A stretch of DNA of 33,587 nt. Origin: a candidate division WOR-3 bacterium (GTDB lineage: Bacteria > Hydrothermota > Hydrothermia > LBFQ01 > DSFT01). Position 1 is the first letter of the stretch. Each line of letters starts with the position of its first letter. The position numbers were made by a program, and so were the translations under genes. The notes under the pieces are model-generated. The model was not told the DNA's origin. It made no database searches and saw nothing but the letters and a program-made list of their open reading frames with translations. Location of the stretch: positions 1 to 33,587 of the forward strand of contig CBFGJN010000016.1 in the NCBI GenBank assembly GCA_965649115.1, written 5' to 3'. This document shows positions 11,030 through 19,816 of the stretch, piece by piece.

Positions 11030-11743
11030 ATGTCAATTCATTTAAATATGTTTGAAATTAGACTTCCAAATGAAAAATTTAAAGTATTTAGTAAAAAAGT
11101 CAAAAATCCAAATTATCAAGAATTAAAGAATAAATATAAAAACGAAGATATAAATTTTTATTTAATAGGGAAATTTTTATACGCTTATGGCAAAGATATT
11201 TCAATTTTAAGAAATGAAAGATTTAGAGAACTTTCTATTTCTTTTAACGATGAGCCAAAATTAACAGGAAAAATTTTAAAAGATGCAATTATAAAAAAAT
11301 TAGAAAAATTACAAAATTATCAAATAGATAATAAAAAATTTGAAATTATAGTTTATGAGAAACTTCCAAAAATAATAGCTGAAAAACTTGAAGTTTATCG
11401 TGGTTTTAGATTACAAGTAATTTTTTTAAATGTAGAAAATGCTTTAAAATTTTTCTTAATAGTTAATAGAAAGTTTAAAACAAATTTAAGCCCAAAAGAA
11501 ATAAAAGAATTAGATGAGGAAATCTATGATAAATTCAAAATTGAACAAGGAGAGCTAAATGAAGATGGGAAAATAAATAAAAATCTAGGTAAAATGATAT
11601 TTGAAGATATTAAAAATTTCGTTTCTCAAATAGGATTTATAGACCTTCCTTATGGCCTAAAAGCTAATATAAATAATGAGCCTTATTGTTTGAAATATGA
11701 AGATAAAATTTTTTCATCTACCCACTTTAATTCTTGGTTATAA
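11030..11743 (+). CDS. Argonaute N-lobe subunit (N-L1-L2, AfAgo-N-like) of a split pAgo
   Basis: N-terminal LNMFEI strand, LYAYG, LTGKILKD, LEVYRGF...FLIVNRKF, LNEDGK and LPYG...EP pattern, as recalled for AfAgo-N-type subunits. Lies directly upstream of and overlaps a MID-PIWI gene. Confidence 0.7.
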   Translation: MSIHLNMFEIRLPNEKFKVFSKKVKNPNYQELKNKYKNEDINFYLIGKFLYAYGKDISILRNERFRELSISFNDEPKLTGKILKDAIIKKLEKLQNYQIDNKKFEIIVYEKLPKIIAEKLEVYRGFRLQVIFLNVENALKFFLIVNRKFKTNLSPKEIKELDEEIYDKFKIEQGELNEDGKINKNLGKMIFEDIKNFVSQIGFIDLPYGLKANINNEPYCLKYEDKIFSSTHFNSWL

Positions 11744-12704
11744 ATATCCTGTTGATTTATCCAAAGAAAAATTATACCCTGCGATTAAATCAGCCGGTCC
11801 CTATCAGCCTTTAAAAAACGAAGTTAGAGGAGCTATAATTTCAAAGAAAATTGAGGAAGATATTGAAAGTTTTAAAAATTATTTTGAAGCAGAGTTTAAA
11901 GGTCTTTTTAAGAAAGAAATAAAGCTTGATATTAGGCAAAAATTAGATAACATTGGTAATTATCAAATAATTATTTGGGTAGTTTGTGATGAAAGTGATT
12001 ATATAAATGCAAAAAATCAAAAAAGAATATCTAAGGTTCCTATTCAAATTGTAAGAAAAGAAAAAATAAATTCTAATAACAAAGGTTATAATTTTTTAAT
12101 TTCAAATCTTTGTCTTAATGTTTATTGTAAGCTTGGTTTTATTCCCTGGATTATAGAACCTAACTATGATGCTTATGTTGTAGGAATTAAGAAAAAGAAA
12201 AGGAATAATAATTTTGTTTATTTTGTTAAAGTTTTTAAAAATGATGGTTATTTGGTTTTCAAAGATGGTCCTAGTTCAAATTTTAAAGAACTATTAAGTA
12301 AAATTCCTAGATATACAAATAAATTTTCCTTCCATTTTTCTGTTAAACCCTCAAATGATGAAATTTCAGCTATTGAAGAAAATTTTAGAATTTATAAATA
12401 TGCCATAATTTATATAAATTTATATTCAAACTTTCTTATGTTTGATTTAAGGAATGAATGGTATATGCCAGAAAGTGGATATTTTATTAGATTGAGTGGA
12501 AATAGAGGACTTATATTATCTGATGGCTTATTTAATTCAAAAAGAAGCAAGCCTGGTTTTCCAAAAGTTTTAGATGTTAATATTTTAAAATCAAAAATAA
12601 ATTTTAATGAATACGAGAAATTATTTGAGCAAATTTATCATTTTCGTTATGTAAATTATAAGAGTTTTTTTAGTTTTCCATCAATTCCAGCTGAAATTAC
12701 TTAA
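11697..12704 (+). CDS. Argonaute MID-PIWI* subunit (long-B/AfAgo-like, catalytically inactive, probably C-terminally truncated)
   Basis: GPYQ; MID pocket YxxxK (YINAK), PIQ and NLxxNVYCKLGxxPW; PIWI VVGI (no Asp), VFKNDG, FHFSVK, YAIIYIN, MPESG, IYHFRYVNY and SIPAEI followed by a stop. Confidence 0.85.
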   Translation: MKIKFFHLPTLILGYKYPVDLSKEKLYPAIKSAGPYQPLKNEVRGAIISKKIEEDIESFKNYFEAEFKGLFKKEIKLDIRQKLDNIGNYQIIIWVVCDESDYINAKNQKRISKVPIQIVRKEKINSNNKGYNFLISNLCLNVYCKLGFIPWIIEPNYDAYVVGIKKKKRNNNFVYFVKVFKNDGYLVFKDGPSSNFKELLSKIPRYTNKFSFHFSVKPSNDEISAIEENFRIYKYAIIYINLYSNFLMFDLRNEWYMPESGYFIRLSGNRGLILSDGLFNSKRSKPGFPKVLDVNILKSKINFNEYEKLFEQIYHFRYVNYKSFFSFPSIPAEIT

Positions 12705-13461
12705 ACCAAACATTATATTCATATTTCTTTGCCCCAAATGATGATTTTATAAAACCTACACTTTCCTTAGTTTCAAGTCCAAAGTCAAGAATTTCTATTT
12801 TATTTTCAATAGCCCATCTTACACTAATTAAGAATAAAAATTCCCCCATATCAAAATTTAATAATTTTTTATAACCTGAAATCCAAAGTAGTGCATAGTT
12901 ATTTACTTTTACTATTAAAATTCCTCCCAAGTAGTTATCATTTTGAAAAACATTTATTAAATTAAGATATTTTTTTAGCTTTAAAATACTTTCTTTTTTA
13001 AAAGGTTTGTGATGTCCTGAATAAACAATTTTATAACTTTCATAGAATTTTTCAAAAAAGTCAAAACCCTCTTTAATTGTTAAATTTAACTTTCTCTCTT
13101 TGTTTTGAAGTTTTTTTAAGCTTTTATATCTATTTTTGCTAATCATTTTAAAAAAAATTTCAATAGATTGTGGCACTTCAAGAAGATAAGTAAAAACTTT
13201 CTTATTTTTTAGAAATTCAACATTTATTTTATTTTCAAAGTCATATATGTAAAATTTAAAAAAATTTTTTGATATTGATTTTAAAAACATTTTATCTACA
13301 CTATTTTTAAATCCTCCGTAAAATCCATAAGTTAATGAATAACCTCTTTTTATTAAATTCCCTTTTGATATAATAGCTATTGGTTCAAAAAACTCAACTT
13401 TTCCTTCTGAAAAATCAGCTAATTTTTTTATAAATTCTTCTTCACAAAATGGATTTTTCAA
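12697..13461 (-). CDS. GNAT/FemAB-like acyltransferase-domain protein
   Basis: C-terminal YLGGIL...LWISG...WAIENKIEILDFG...FIKSSFGA pattern. Confidence 0.7.
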   Translation of the reverse strand: MKNPFCEEEFIKKLADFSEGKVEFFEPIAIISKGNLIKRGYSLTYGFYGGFKNSVDKMFLKSISKNFFKFYIYDFENKINVEFLKNKKVFTYLLEVPQSIEIFFKMISKNRYKSLKKLQNKERKLNLTIKEGFDFFEKFYESYKIVYSGHHKPFKKESILKLKKYLNLINVFQNDNYLGGILIVKVNNYALLWISGYKKLLNFDMGEFLFLISVRWAIENKIEILDFGLETKESVGFIKSSFGAKKYEYNVWFK

Positions 13462-13853
13462 AGTCTAAACATAAGCAATATACCTGCAAATAAATCTAAT
13501 GTAGTATTTGGAATTAATCTGAATGCAGGTGTAATTTGAATACCAAGGTCTATTGGAGCTTCTGTAAATGAATAATTTAATGTAAATGGAATTCGTATTC
13601 CTACACCAGCAGATTGATTTTTATCAACTTTTACTGTCATTAAATAACCACCAATTCCAATATAAAACTTCAAAGGTTGAAGTTCTCTCGTTGGTATATT
13701 GAAATCTTTATCAAAACTAAAATAAATGTTGTTATCTATAACATCCCAGCCAGCCATAATTCTAAAATCTTGTTCAAACCTTAAAGATAAAGCAACAGGT
13801 GAACCTATATGAGCACCAATAGAATGAAGCTGGGTAGTGAGAATGAAAATCAT
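13458..13853 (-). CDS. Hypothetical small outer-membrane beta-barrel-like protein (start revised from 13925 to 13853)
   Basis: Alternating beta-strand pattern (FYIGIGG, GVGIRIPFTLNY, LFAGILLMFRL). The ATG at 13853 lies 7 nt from a TAAAAT box, and the 13925 extension runs through repeat DNA. Confidence 0.55.
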   Translation of the reverse strand: MIFILTTQLHSIGAHIGSPVALSLRFEQDFRIMAGWDVIDNNIYFSFDKDFNIPTRELQPLKFYIGIGGYLMTVKVDKNQSAGVGIRIPFTLNYSFTEAPIDLGIQITPAFRLIPNTTLDLFAGILLMFRL

Positions 13854-13898
13854 AGCTAAAATTTTAAAGGTTAAATTGAAGTAGTGTGTTTTATAAAT

Positions 13899-13951
13899 GC
13901 TAACGCCCCCTATTAAATCCCCCAATAAATCAAATAATTGATTAAAACTTT
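13899..13951 (-). repeat. Degenerate MITE internal fragment
   Basis: GCCCCCTATTAAATCCCCCAATAAATCAA matches the interior of the 4483 and 33252 copies. Confidence 0.55.
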
Positions 13952-13987
13952 AAGAAACATCTGCCTTACCTTTAAAATTTTAGACCT

Positions 13988-14482
13988 ATGATAACTTTCA
14001 AAGGAAATAAAGTTAGTGTAGTTGGCAGAATGCCCAATGTTGGTGAAGTGGCACCTGGTTTTGTTGCTATTGATAGTGCTTTAAATGAAAAAACACTTAA
14101 TGATTTCTCCAATAAAATAAAAATTATTTCTTCTGTTCCTTCTCTTGATACTTCTGTCTGTTCATTAGAAACAAAAAAAATTGATGAATTGATGAAGAAA
14201 TTTTCAGATGATTATGTATTTATAACGATAAGTATGGATTTACCATTTGCTCAAAATAGGTGGTGTGGAGCTAATGGTGTTAGCAAAGTTGTCACACTTT
14301 CAGATTATAAATATCGTTCATTTGGATATGCTTATGGATTGTATGTTATGGAACTTGGATTATTAGCAAGATGTTTGTTTATCATTGATAAAGAAAATAA
14401 GGTTAGATATATTCAGCTTGTAAATGAAATTACAAGTGAGCCAAATTATGAAGATTTAGAAAAAGCCCTAAATGCTATTTAA
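13988..14482 (+). CDS. tpx: Thiol peroxidase (atypical 2-Cys peroxiredoxin)
   Basis: SVPSLDTSVC, ISMDLPFAQNRWCGA and EPNY motifs. Confidence 0.95.
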   Translation: MITFKGNKVSVVGRMPNVGEVAPGFVAIDSALNEKTLNDFSNKIKIISSVPSLDTSVCSLETKKIDELMKKFSDDYVFITISMDLPFAQNRWCGANGVSKVVTLSDYKYRSFGYAYGLYVMELGLLARCLFIIDKENKVRYIQLVNEITSEPNYEDLEKALNAI

Positions 14483-14906
14483 ATATATTGGAAATTTTAG
14501 GTGGAAAGATATTTTTGAAAAACCTTATAAAACTAATGATAATTCATTTTTAAATGTTAAGCGTTTTGAGATCGTAAAAGGTAAGGATATTGAATTTAGA
14601 TATTTTGAAATTGAAAAAGGTGGTTATTCATCACTTGAAAGGCATGAACATGAACATATTGTAATGTTCATAAAGGGTAGAGGAATTGTTTTAATTGAAG
14701 ATGAAATTTATGAATTTGAACCATTTGATGTTATTTACATCCAATCATTTAAAGCACATAGATTTATAGCAAAATATGAAGATATAGGATTTATTTGTGT
14801 TGTAAAAAAAGATAGAGATAAACCTCAAAAATTAAATGAAGAAGAAATAAAAGCTTTAATTAACAAAAATCCAAATTTAAAGGAATTTTTAAAGTTCGGG
14901 GTATAG
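14472..14906 (+). CDS. Cupin-domain protein
   Basis: SSLERHEHEH and H-R-F metal-binding cupin motifs. Confidence 0.85.
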   Translation: MLFKYIGNFRWKDIFEKPYKTNDNSFLNVKRFEIVKGKDIEFRYFEIEKGGYSSLERHEHEHIVMFIKGRGIVLIEDEIYEFEPFDVIYIQSFKAHRFIAKYEDIGFICVVKKDRDKPQKLNEEEIKALINKNPNLKEFLKFGV

Positions 14907-14968
14907 CTCAATGGTAGAGCGTTCGGTTCGGGACCGAAAGGTTGCCGGTTCAAATCCGGCTACCCCGA
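14897..14968 (+). tRNA. tRNA-Pro (anticodon CGG), no encoded 3' CCA
   Basis: Acceptor CGGGGTA/TACCCCG, D arm GCTCAATGGTAGAGC, anticodon arm TTCGG-TTCGGGA-CCGAA, T arm GCCGG-TTCAAAT-CCGGC, discriminator A followed by ATT. Confidence 0.95.
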
Positions 14969-14969
14969 A

Positions 14970-16520
14970 TTGGTAGAAGAAAAATTAAAGAAAGTCGCTT
15001 CCGCTTTATTAGATAAATATAAACAAGTTTCAAAACCAAAAGAAAGTGTTATTATTTTTGTTTATAAAAAAGAACTTGGATGGGAAATTTTAAAATTAGC
15101 TTATGAACAAGGTTATAAAATTATAAATAAAACACTGCCATTTTATGTTGAATATAAAACTAATTTTGATTACTACGATTTCGGATTTCATAATGCTGAT
15201 ATTCCTTATGAAGAGAGAGAAGAAATTGAAGATGCTTTTAGAAAAGGAAAATTAAAGTGCTTAATTTCTACATCAACCTTGGCTTATGGTGTGAATTTAC
15301 CTGCTGATAGAGTAATTATATTATTAACTTCATTTTATGATAAAGAGAAAGGAAAAATGATAACACTTCCATCAATAACAGATGTTATCCAAATGGAAGG
15401 AAGGGCAGGAAGATTTGGTATTAAAGAAATAGGTTATGTTCATATATTGAGATACAGAACATCTAAAAAAACTTATGATAAAGTTTATGAAGAAACTTTT
15501 AATTCTTCTGATAGTGAAATTGTTAACGCACTTAAAAACATAGATAAAATTTTTGATGATTATTTAGGAGAAGCTGCAAGACTATCATCATTCATTTTAT
15601 CTGCTTATAAAATTAGTAATGGAGATGTTTTTGAATTTCTAAAAAGAACATTTTCATTTAAAGATTTTAACGATAAAAGAAAAATTACCTTTATTTTGGA
15701 TTTCCTAACTCAAAAAAAGTACATTGAAAACAATAAAGTTACAAAGAAAGGAGAATTTTGTTTAAGTAGCGGAATTCCACCAACTGCTTATGAAGAATTT
15801 TTAAAAAGAGCAAAAATAAAAGGTGATTTATTTGTAAAAATTAGACCATTAATTTGGACAAAAAGAATTAAAGATTGCTTAAAACCATTTTTAACTGAAG
15901 AAGATGTTATAAAATTTTATGATAAAAGCTTTTTAGAAGCTTTAAAGCCATTTGATTATCCTGAAGACGGCTCACATGAATTAATTTTCTATATTAAAGG
16001 TGGGCTTTTTAAATTAAGGAATATCCATAATCCTCCAAGTGAATTATATTTAGGAACAGAAGTTTTACACCTTTCAAAGGCACTCATAAAAATTTCTGAT
16101 TACTTCTTTCTTTCAAATGAAGATATTTTAAGAATTGCTCATTCACTAAGATATGGAATTGATTATGAATTTTCACCTATTGGTTCAATTGGAGGCATAG
16201 GTCATATGAGAGCAAACGCTATTAAATTAGCTATATCATTAAATCATAAAATTAAAAATTTTAGTTTTGAAAATAAGGTTAGTGATATTCTTGATTTATT
16301 AGATGAAAAAACATTAAAGGAAGTCCTTTCAATGAGATATACTCATTCTGAAAATATAAAAAGGGAAGCAAGCAATATCTTAAATGCGCTTTCAAAAAAT
16401 AGGGATAAAGTTCTTATAGATGAATATATTTTAAGAGGCATTAGTTTATTTAAGCTTGATAAAGAATCTGCATTAAAATTGCCAGTTAATGAGCTTCTTA
16501 ATAAATATCTTGAAAGCTAA
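14970..16520 (+). CDS. Ski2/Hel308-like SF2 helicase, C-terminal portion only (possible pseudogene)
   Basis: IIFV, GFHNAD, STSTLAYGVNLPA and QMEGRAGR (motifs IV-VI) plus GIGHMRA HhH-like motif. Walker A and DExH are absent. TTG start abuts the tRNA. Confidence 0.8.
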   Translation: MVEEKLKKVASALLDKYKQVSKPKESVIIFVYKKELGWEILKLAYEQGYKIINKTLPFYVEYKTNFDYYDFGFHNADIPYEEREEIEDAFRKGKLKCLISTSTLAYGVNLPADRVIILLTSFYDKEKGKMITLPSITDVIQMEGRAGRFGIKEIGYVHILRYRTSKKTYDKVYEETFNSSDSEIVNALKNIDKIFDDYLGEAARLSSFILSAYKISNGDVFEFLKRTFSFKDFNDKRKITFILDFLTQKKYIENNKVTKKGEFCLSSGIPPTAYEEFLKRAKIKGDLFVKIRPLIWTKRIKDCLKPFLTEEDVIKFYDKSFLEALKPFDYPEDGSHELIFYIKGGLFKLRNIHNPPSELYLGTEVLHLSKALIKISDYFFLSNEDILRIAHSLRYGIDYEFSPIGSIGGIGHMRANAIKLAISLNHKIKNFSFENKVSDILDLLDEKTLKEVLSMRYTHSENIKREASNILNALSKNRDKVLIDEYILRGISLFKLDKESALKLPVNELLNKYLES

Positions 16521-17329
16521 TGGAAATTTTAAATAATATCAATTACAAAAAATTTTCTTCAATTTCTGATTTTTTAGCATTTATTAGTATTTATGATGAT
16601 AATAATAGAACGATTGCTTGGAAAAATTTGATGCTAAAATATTCTAATTATTTTAAAAATGGTATTGTAGTTGAACTTGGTGCGGGTTTTGGATTATTTT
16701 CTGAATTCGCACTTGAACTTGGGGCAAAAAAGGTTTATGCAATTGAAAGAAATAGATATTTATTTAATGTTCTTAAAGAAAGGCTTTCAAAATATAAAGA
16801 AATAAAAGTTATTAATATAAATGCACTTAAATTTATACCAAAAGAACACATTGATGTTGTTATTCATGACTTTTATGGGCATTTACTTTATGATGAATCG
16901 TTATATATTCTTGATAATTTAAAATTTAAACCAAGTATTGTTATACCAAATGGCGGAAAGCTTAAACTTGGATTTTTTGATTTAAATGATATTGAAGATA
17001 ATGTTATTGATTATTCCATTTTAAGACAACTTAAAAATTTATTAATATCTGATTTATTTATAATTGAAAATAAACCTAAATTAACTATTGATTTAGCAAC
17101 TTGGTCATTTTCAGAAGGATTAAAAATTGATGAAATTGTTGATATTTCTAATTTCAAAGGTGAAATTCTATTGTTTTATCTTGAAGTTCTTCATAATAAT
17201 AACTTTGTTTGTGATGCTTTTGAATGTCAAAATTGGTCTTTGGTTTTTGCTTATAGATTTTCTGATAGATTTTCTTTGAAATTCAAGTGGGGTGGTGATT
17301 TTTGTAAAGTTTATTTTTCTTTTCTATGA
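16520..17329 (+). CDS. Class I SAM-dependent methyltransferase, PRMT-like
   Basis: DNNRT, VVELGAGFG, GAKKVYAIE, IDVVIHDFYGHLLYDE and VIP motifs. Confidence 0.75.
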   Translation: MEILNNINYKKFSSISDFLAFISIYDDNNRTIAWKNLMLKYSNYFKNGIVVELGAGFGLFSEFALELGAKKVYAIERNRYLFNVLKERLSKYKEIKVININALKFIPKEHIDVVIHDFYGHLLYDESLYILDNLKFKPSIVIPNGGKLKLGFFDLNDIEDNVIDYSILRQLKNLLISDLFIIENKPKLTIDLATWSFSEGLKIDEIVDISNFKGEILLFYLEVLHNNNFVCDAFECQNWSLVFAYRFSDRFSLKFKWGGDFCKVYFSFL

Positions 17330-18081
17330 ATTACAAAATTATAAAAAATGAAGATGAAATTTTAAAATTAGATGAGAAAATTAGATATGAGTTTTTAAAT
17401 TCAAGGAATCGTGTAAAAGTTGAAAAAATTCTAAATGGTTATTTATTCGTTCTTGTTATATCAATAAATAAAATGGTTGTTGTATTTTTTAATGAAAATG
17501 AAATGATATTTAGAAGCTTTGGTTTTGATATTGAAAATTACATTAGTAATAATTTTTCTGAAACATTATTTAGATTATTTCAGGAAATTGGAACAAATGA
17601 AATTGATAAATTAAGAGAAGAGCTTAAAAATCTTGAAGATAAAGTATTTTCAAAAATTGATTATCCAAAACTTGATAAATCATTACTTAAAAGTTTATAT
17701 TTTTATAAGAAATCAATAGATGAATTAGCGAGATATTATTTTCTACAAGAGGATTTATTAGAGGAAATGGAAATTGATAGAAAAGTCCTTTTTCAAATAA
17801 GAAGAATTAAAACTGCTCTTGAAAAAATTTCAAGTTCAACAAATTCCCTTATTGAAATATATCTTGAAATGATTGATACAGCAGCTAATGAAATTATGAA
17901 GTTTTTAACAATCATTGCTACAATTTTTATACCGCTATCATTTTTGGCAGGTGTTTATGGTATGAATTTTAAATATATTCCTGAACTTGAATGGAAATTT
18001 GGATATTTTTTGTTTTGGATTATTTGTATTGTTTTTTCAATTTTTTCAATTTTTTATTTTAAGAAAAAAAAGTGGATTTAA
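17326..18081 (+). CDS. corA: CorA family divalent cation transporter
   Basis: NEIMKFLTII, FLAGVYGMNF and IPEL motifs with two C-terminal TM helices. Confidence 0.9.
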   Translation: MNYKIIKNEDEILKLDEKIRYEFLNSRNRVKVEKILNGYLFVLVISINKMVVVFFNENEMIFRSFGFDIENYISNNFSETLFRLFQEIGTNEIDKLREELKNLEDKVFSKIDYPKLDKSLLKSLYFYKKSIDELARYYFLQEDLLEEMEIDRKVLFQIRRIKTALEKISSSTNSLIEIYLEMIDTAANEIMKFLTIIATIFIPLSFLAGVYGMNFKYIPELEWKFGYFLFWIICIVFSIFSIFYFKKKKWI

Positions 18082-19684
18082 CTTTTAATTTGCCTTTTTC
18101 CATATATATGATTTTAAAACCAATTGACTTGTTTATTTTATAGACTAACTTATAAATTGAAGAATTTTTTAATGAAGAAACGCGAATAATTTGAAATTTA
18201 TTTAGTGTTTTGTTTTCAAAAAGTTTTTTAATAAGTTTCATTTCTTCATTTGAAAGTTTAATTCTTATTAATTTTTTGGCAATTTTAAAAATTAAGAAAT
18301 TTTGATTAAATTTATATTTTAAGTTCAATGATAAATGAAAGTTCTTGTAAAATTCTTTAATAAAGTCCTTCAATTTTTCGGTTTTAAAAAGAATATATCC
18401 CAATCTTAATGTGAATGTGTTAGAATATCTTTTTGATAAATTTATTGCTCTTTTGTATTGACGATTTTTTAAAGCTAATAAAATTAAACTATCAATTGAA
18501 AATTTTGTTTTTGTATCTAAAAATAAGCAAAATTCTAAAATTTCCCTTGCTCTATCAGTTATAATATAATTCTTTATTTCATTATATATAGAAATTGCTT
18601 TTTCCCTTTCTCCAATTGCCACATAACAAATAGAAAGTAGTATTCCTGTTTGAACTTTTAAATGTTTAAATTGATAAGTTTTTTGAAATTCTCTAATTGC
18701 TTTTTCAATATAACCTTTCATAAAATAAATATAACCTTTTGCTAATGCTTTATCTCTCCTATCATCAATGTATTGAAGAATTGTGTTTGCTTTCTTAAAA
18801 TTGTTTTGATTTGTAAGGATAATAATAGCTGTTGAAGGATAAGCATATTTTTCTATATTCTCAATTGGAATGTTATAATAACCTTTCGTTGAAGAAACAG
18901 CTATAAAGTCAGATGTTAAGATATTAGGAAAATTTAATTTTTTAAGAATTTTATAAGCTGATTTTAAGAACTTTAATGAATGTTCTCCTTCACTTATTAA
19001 ACTACCTATTAATAGTGTATAAAACTTAATACAAATATCATTATGTTTAATGATATTCAAATTCTCAAAGGAAATTTTCATCAGCTCTTTATTACCAAGC
19101 CATAAAGCACATGAACCAAGTATAACATATGCTCTAATTAGTGAATAATTTAATTTCTCTTCTTTTAATTTTGGAATTATTTTATTTATTTCATAAATTG
19201 CTTTTTCATAATTTAGATTATAACTTAAATCAAGTGCAATTTTATTTAATTTTAAATGGGCAGGAAGTTCATCAAAATTGTACTTGCTTAATAATTCTAT
19301 ATTTGAAACAGTTCCAACAAGCTGAAAAATACCCATTTTTAAAAACTTTTCGGAAATATCAGTTTTTACATATCCAAAGTATAAAACCTCAAATTTTTCT
19401 TTATTAAATCCACATAATCCATAATCTCTTAAAATTCTAAATACTTTATCCTTGGATATGTTTAAAGTTTTACTAATTTCCTCAATCTTTAAACTTGGCT
19501 GTTCTTCTTTTAATCTAAAAATTCTATATCTTAATTCTATAAATTCCTTTAATTTTTTTTCCTTTTTCAAATATCTAAATACTGTTCTTTCTGAAACATT
19601 TAGGATTTGTGATATTTCTTTGATTTTAAATCCTTCATTTTTAAGTTTTATTGCCCTCAAAATTTTATCCAAGTTATCTGACAT
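18059..19684 (-). CDS. Putative transcriptional regulator with N-terminal HTH(s) and TPR-like helical repeats
   Basis: EISQILNVSERTVFRYL and EISKTLNISKDKVFRIL HTHs; AKGYIYFMKG..EKAI TPR-like segments. Confidence 0.6.
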   Translation of the reverse strand: MSDNLDKILRAIKLKNEGFKIKEISQILNVSERTVFRYLKKEKKLKEFIELRYRIFRLKEEQPSLKIEEISKTLNISKDKVFRILRDYGLCGFNKEKFEVLYFGYVKTDISEKFLKMGIFQLVGTVSNIELLSKYNFDELPAHLKLNKIALDLSYNLNYEKAIYEINKIIPKLKEEKLNYSLIRAYVILGSCALWLGNKELMKISFENLNIIKHNDICIKFYTLLIGSLISEGEHSLKFLKSAYKILKKLNFPNILTSDFIAVSSTKGYYNIPIENIEKYAYPSTAIIILTNQNNFKKANTILQYIDDRRDKALAKGYIYFMKGYIEKAIREFQKTYQFKHLKVQTGILLSICYVAIGEREKAISIYNEIKNYIITDRAREILEFCLFLDTKTKFSIDSLILLALKNRQYKRAINLSKRYSNTFTLRLGYILFKTEKLKDFIKEFYKNFHLSLNLKYKFNQNFLIFKIAKKLIRIKLSNEEMKLIKKLFENKTLNKFQIIRVSSLKNSSIYKLVYKINKSIGFKIIYMEKGKLKVKSTFFS

Positions 19685-19764
19685 ATTTTACAAAATTTTA
19701 AAGTTAGTTTGAAAATAGGAAAAACCCATTTTGAAAATATAGTAGTTAATATACTTTTTTGCTA

Positions 19765-19810
19765 TTGACATATCCAAATTTTTCAGTTTAAAATATGGAC
19801 AAGAAGGAGG
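19765..19810 (+). promoter_or_regulatory. Sigma70-type promoter plus Shine-Dalgarno for the 19817 operon
   Basis: TTGACA (19765-19770), 18 bp spacer, TAAAAT (19789-19794); AAGGAGG (19804-19810) lies 6 nt before the ATG. Confidence 0.7.
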
Positions 19811-19816
19811 ATAACC

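Noticed and set aside
10295..13461. PHP phosphatase or GNAT as the Argonaute effector
   Set aside because: Both are on the opposite strand. The GNAT is coupled to its own upstream gene and the PHP gene is a typical CpsB-like phosphatase, so there is no operon evidence.
13854..13925. N-terminal extension of the 13458 ORF
   Set aside because: Runs through a MITE fragment; a better ATG at 13853 sits behind the promoter motif
18059..19684. Transposase for the MITE (because of its N-terminal HTHs)
   Set aside because: No DDE/RNase H-like motif seen, the body is TPR-like, and it is not bounded by the TIRs
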